From positions 1-35,515 of the IMG/VR virus record IMGVR_UViG_3300016476_000254: a stretch of DNA of 35,515 nucleotides. One strand, written 5' to 3'. Positions 34,986-35,515 of the stretch are shown one piece after another. The stretch is from a virus (Duplodnaviria > Caudoviricetes). The notes under the pieces were generated by a model, which had not been told where the DNA came from, did not search any database, and saw nothing but the letters and a program-made list of their open reading frames with translations. Positions within the stretch are counted from its first letter, which is position 1; every line of letters begins with the position of its first letter. Made by a program: the position numbers and the translations under genes.

Positions 34986-35207
34986 ATGTGCTTCAGCTCC
35001 CCTAAGCCCCCGCCACCCCCAGAACCAGATCCGGCTATTGCTGAACAGCGTCAGGCACAACTTGATGCAGCTAATGCTCAGAAAACTGAAGATAAGCAAC
35101 GCCGCCTTCAGGAGCAGATCACTCGTACTGGTGGCATGGCTGGCTTCCGTTCCCTTATCTCTGGCAGCAAGGGCGGCGGTGGCTTCGGTCGCGGCCTGTT
35201 GAGCTAA
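34986..35207 (+). CDS. Small virion assembly protein (T7 gp7.3-like position)
   Basis: MC..PKPPPPP N-terminus, Gly-rich tail, AAGGAG RBS; precedes the portal gene. Confidence 0.75.
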   Translation: MCFSSPKPPPPPEPDPAIAEQRQAQLDAANAQKTEDKQRRLQEQITRTGGMAGFRSLISGSKGGGGFGRGLLS

Positions 35208-35208
35208 T

Positions 35209-35515
35209 ATGATCATCAACGAACCACTACCCGATACGTCTGGCAATGAGGCCGAGGTTCTTAGCAATCGCTTCAAGCGAGCTAAGACCATCAAGGACTT
35301 GTGGCTTCCCAAGTTTGAGGAATGCTATGAGTACTCTATGCCGCAGCGCGAAAGCCTGTATGCCCAGACGCAGGGTCAGGTTCGTACCGATAAGATCTTC
35401 GACGAGACGGCAGTAGTTGGTGTTCAAGAGTTTGCATCTCGCTTGCAAGCTGGTCTTGTTCCCAACTTCGCCCGTTGGGCTGAACTCATTGCGGGATCTG
35501 AGATCCCTGATGAGC
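35209..35515 (+). CDS. Portal protein, N-terminal part (continues at position 1)
   Basis: MIINE...YEYSMPQR...IFDETA...FASRLQAGL, open through the junction. Confidence 0.9.
   Translation, partial: MIINEPLPDTSGNEAEVLSNRFKRAKTIKDLWLPKFEECYEYSMPQRESLYAQTQGQVRTDKIFDETAVVGVQEFASRLQAGLVPNFARWAELIAGSEIPDE
35494..35515 (+). repeat. Terminal overlap, copy 2
   Basis: Identical to 1-22. Confidence 0.95.

Larger units (their letters stand above)
1..35515. mobile_element. Complete circular podovirus-like phage genome with T7-like virion genes and a lambdoid-type replication module
   Basis: Terminase, portal, capsid, tail tube, ejection, fibre, lysis and replication genes are all present; the ends overlap by 22 bp and restore the portal ORF. 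Confidence 0.95.

Noticed and set aside
35494-35515. 22-bp terminal repeat as a biological direct terminal repeat or att site
   Set aside because: It falls mid-portal gene and its length is typical of an assembler overlap

Overview
The window is a complete, circularly permuted genome of a podovirus-type dsDNA phage (35,493 bp unique). Bases 1-22 are repeated at 35494-35515, and the portal gene runs across that junction in frame. The + strand carries terS, terL and a T7-like morphogenesis block (portal, scaffold, GNAT protein, capsid, tail tubes A/B, ejection proteins, tail fibres), then a holin-like gene and a GH108 endolysin. The - strand (about 21.5-31.1 kb) carries a lambdoid-type early/replication block: an HTH initiator with internal iterons, a YqaJ exonuclease, ERF, SSB, ArdC, a dNTP diphosphohydrolase and several HTH regulators. 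I recognised no DNA polymerase, RNA polymerase, helicase or integrase. An alphaproteobacterial host is inferred from a CtrA-like domain and the small-gene families. The most notable observations are: (1) a ~250-nt strand-specific multibranch structure between the divergent operons; (2) a chromosomal-type parS site without ParAB, alongside DnaA-domain-IV-only and CtrA-like proteins; (3) an array of small genes joined by near-identical stop/RBS/start linker repeats; (4) a circularly permuted SGNH domain fused to a lysozyme-like domain in an ejection protein; (5) two recurring regulatory motifs, CTGCA-N4-TGCAG and GTCCATT. All family calls come from motif recognition by eye; no searches were run.
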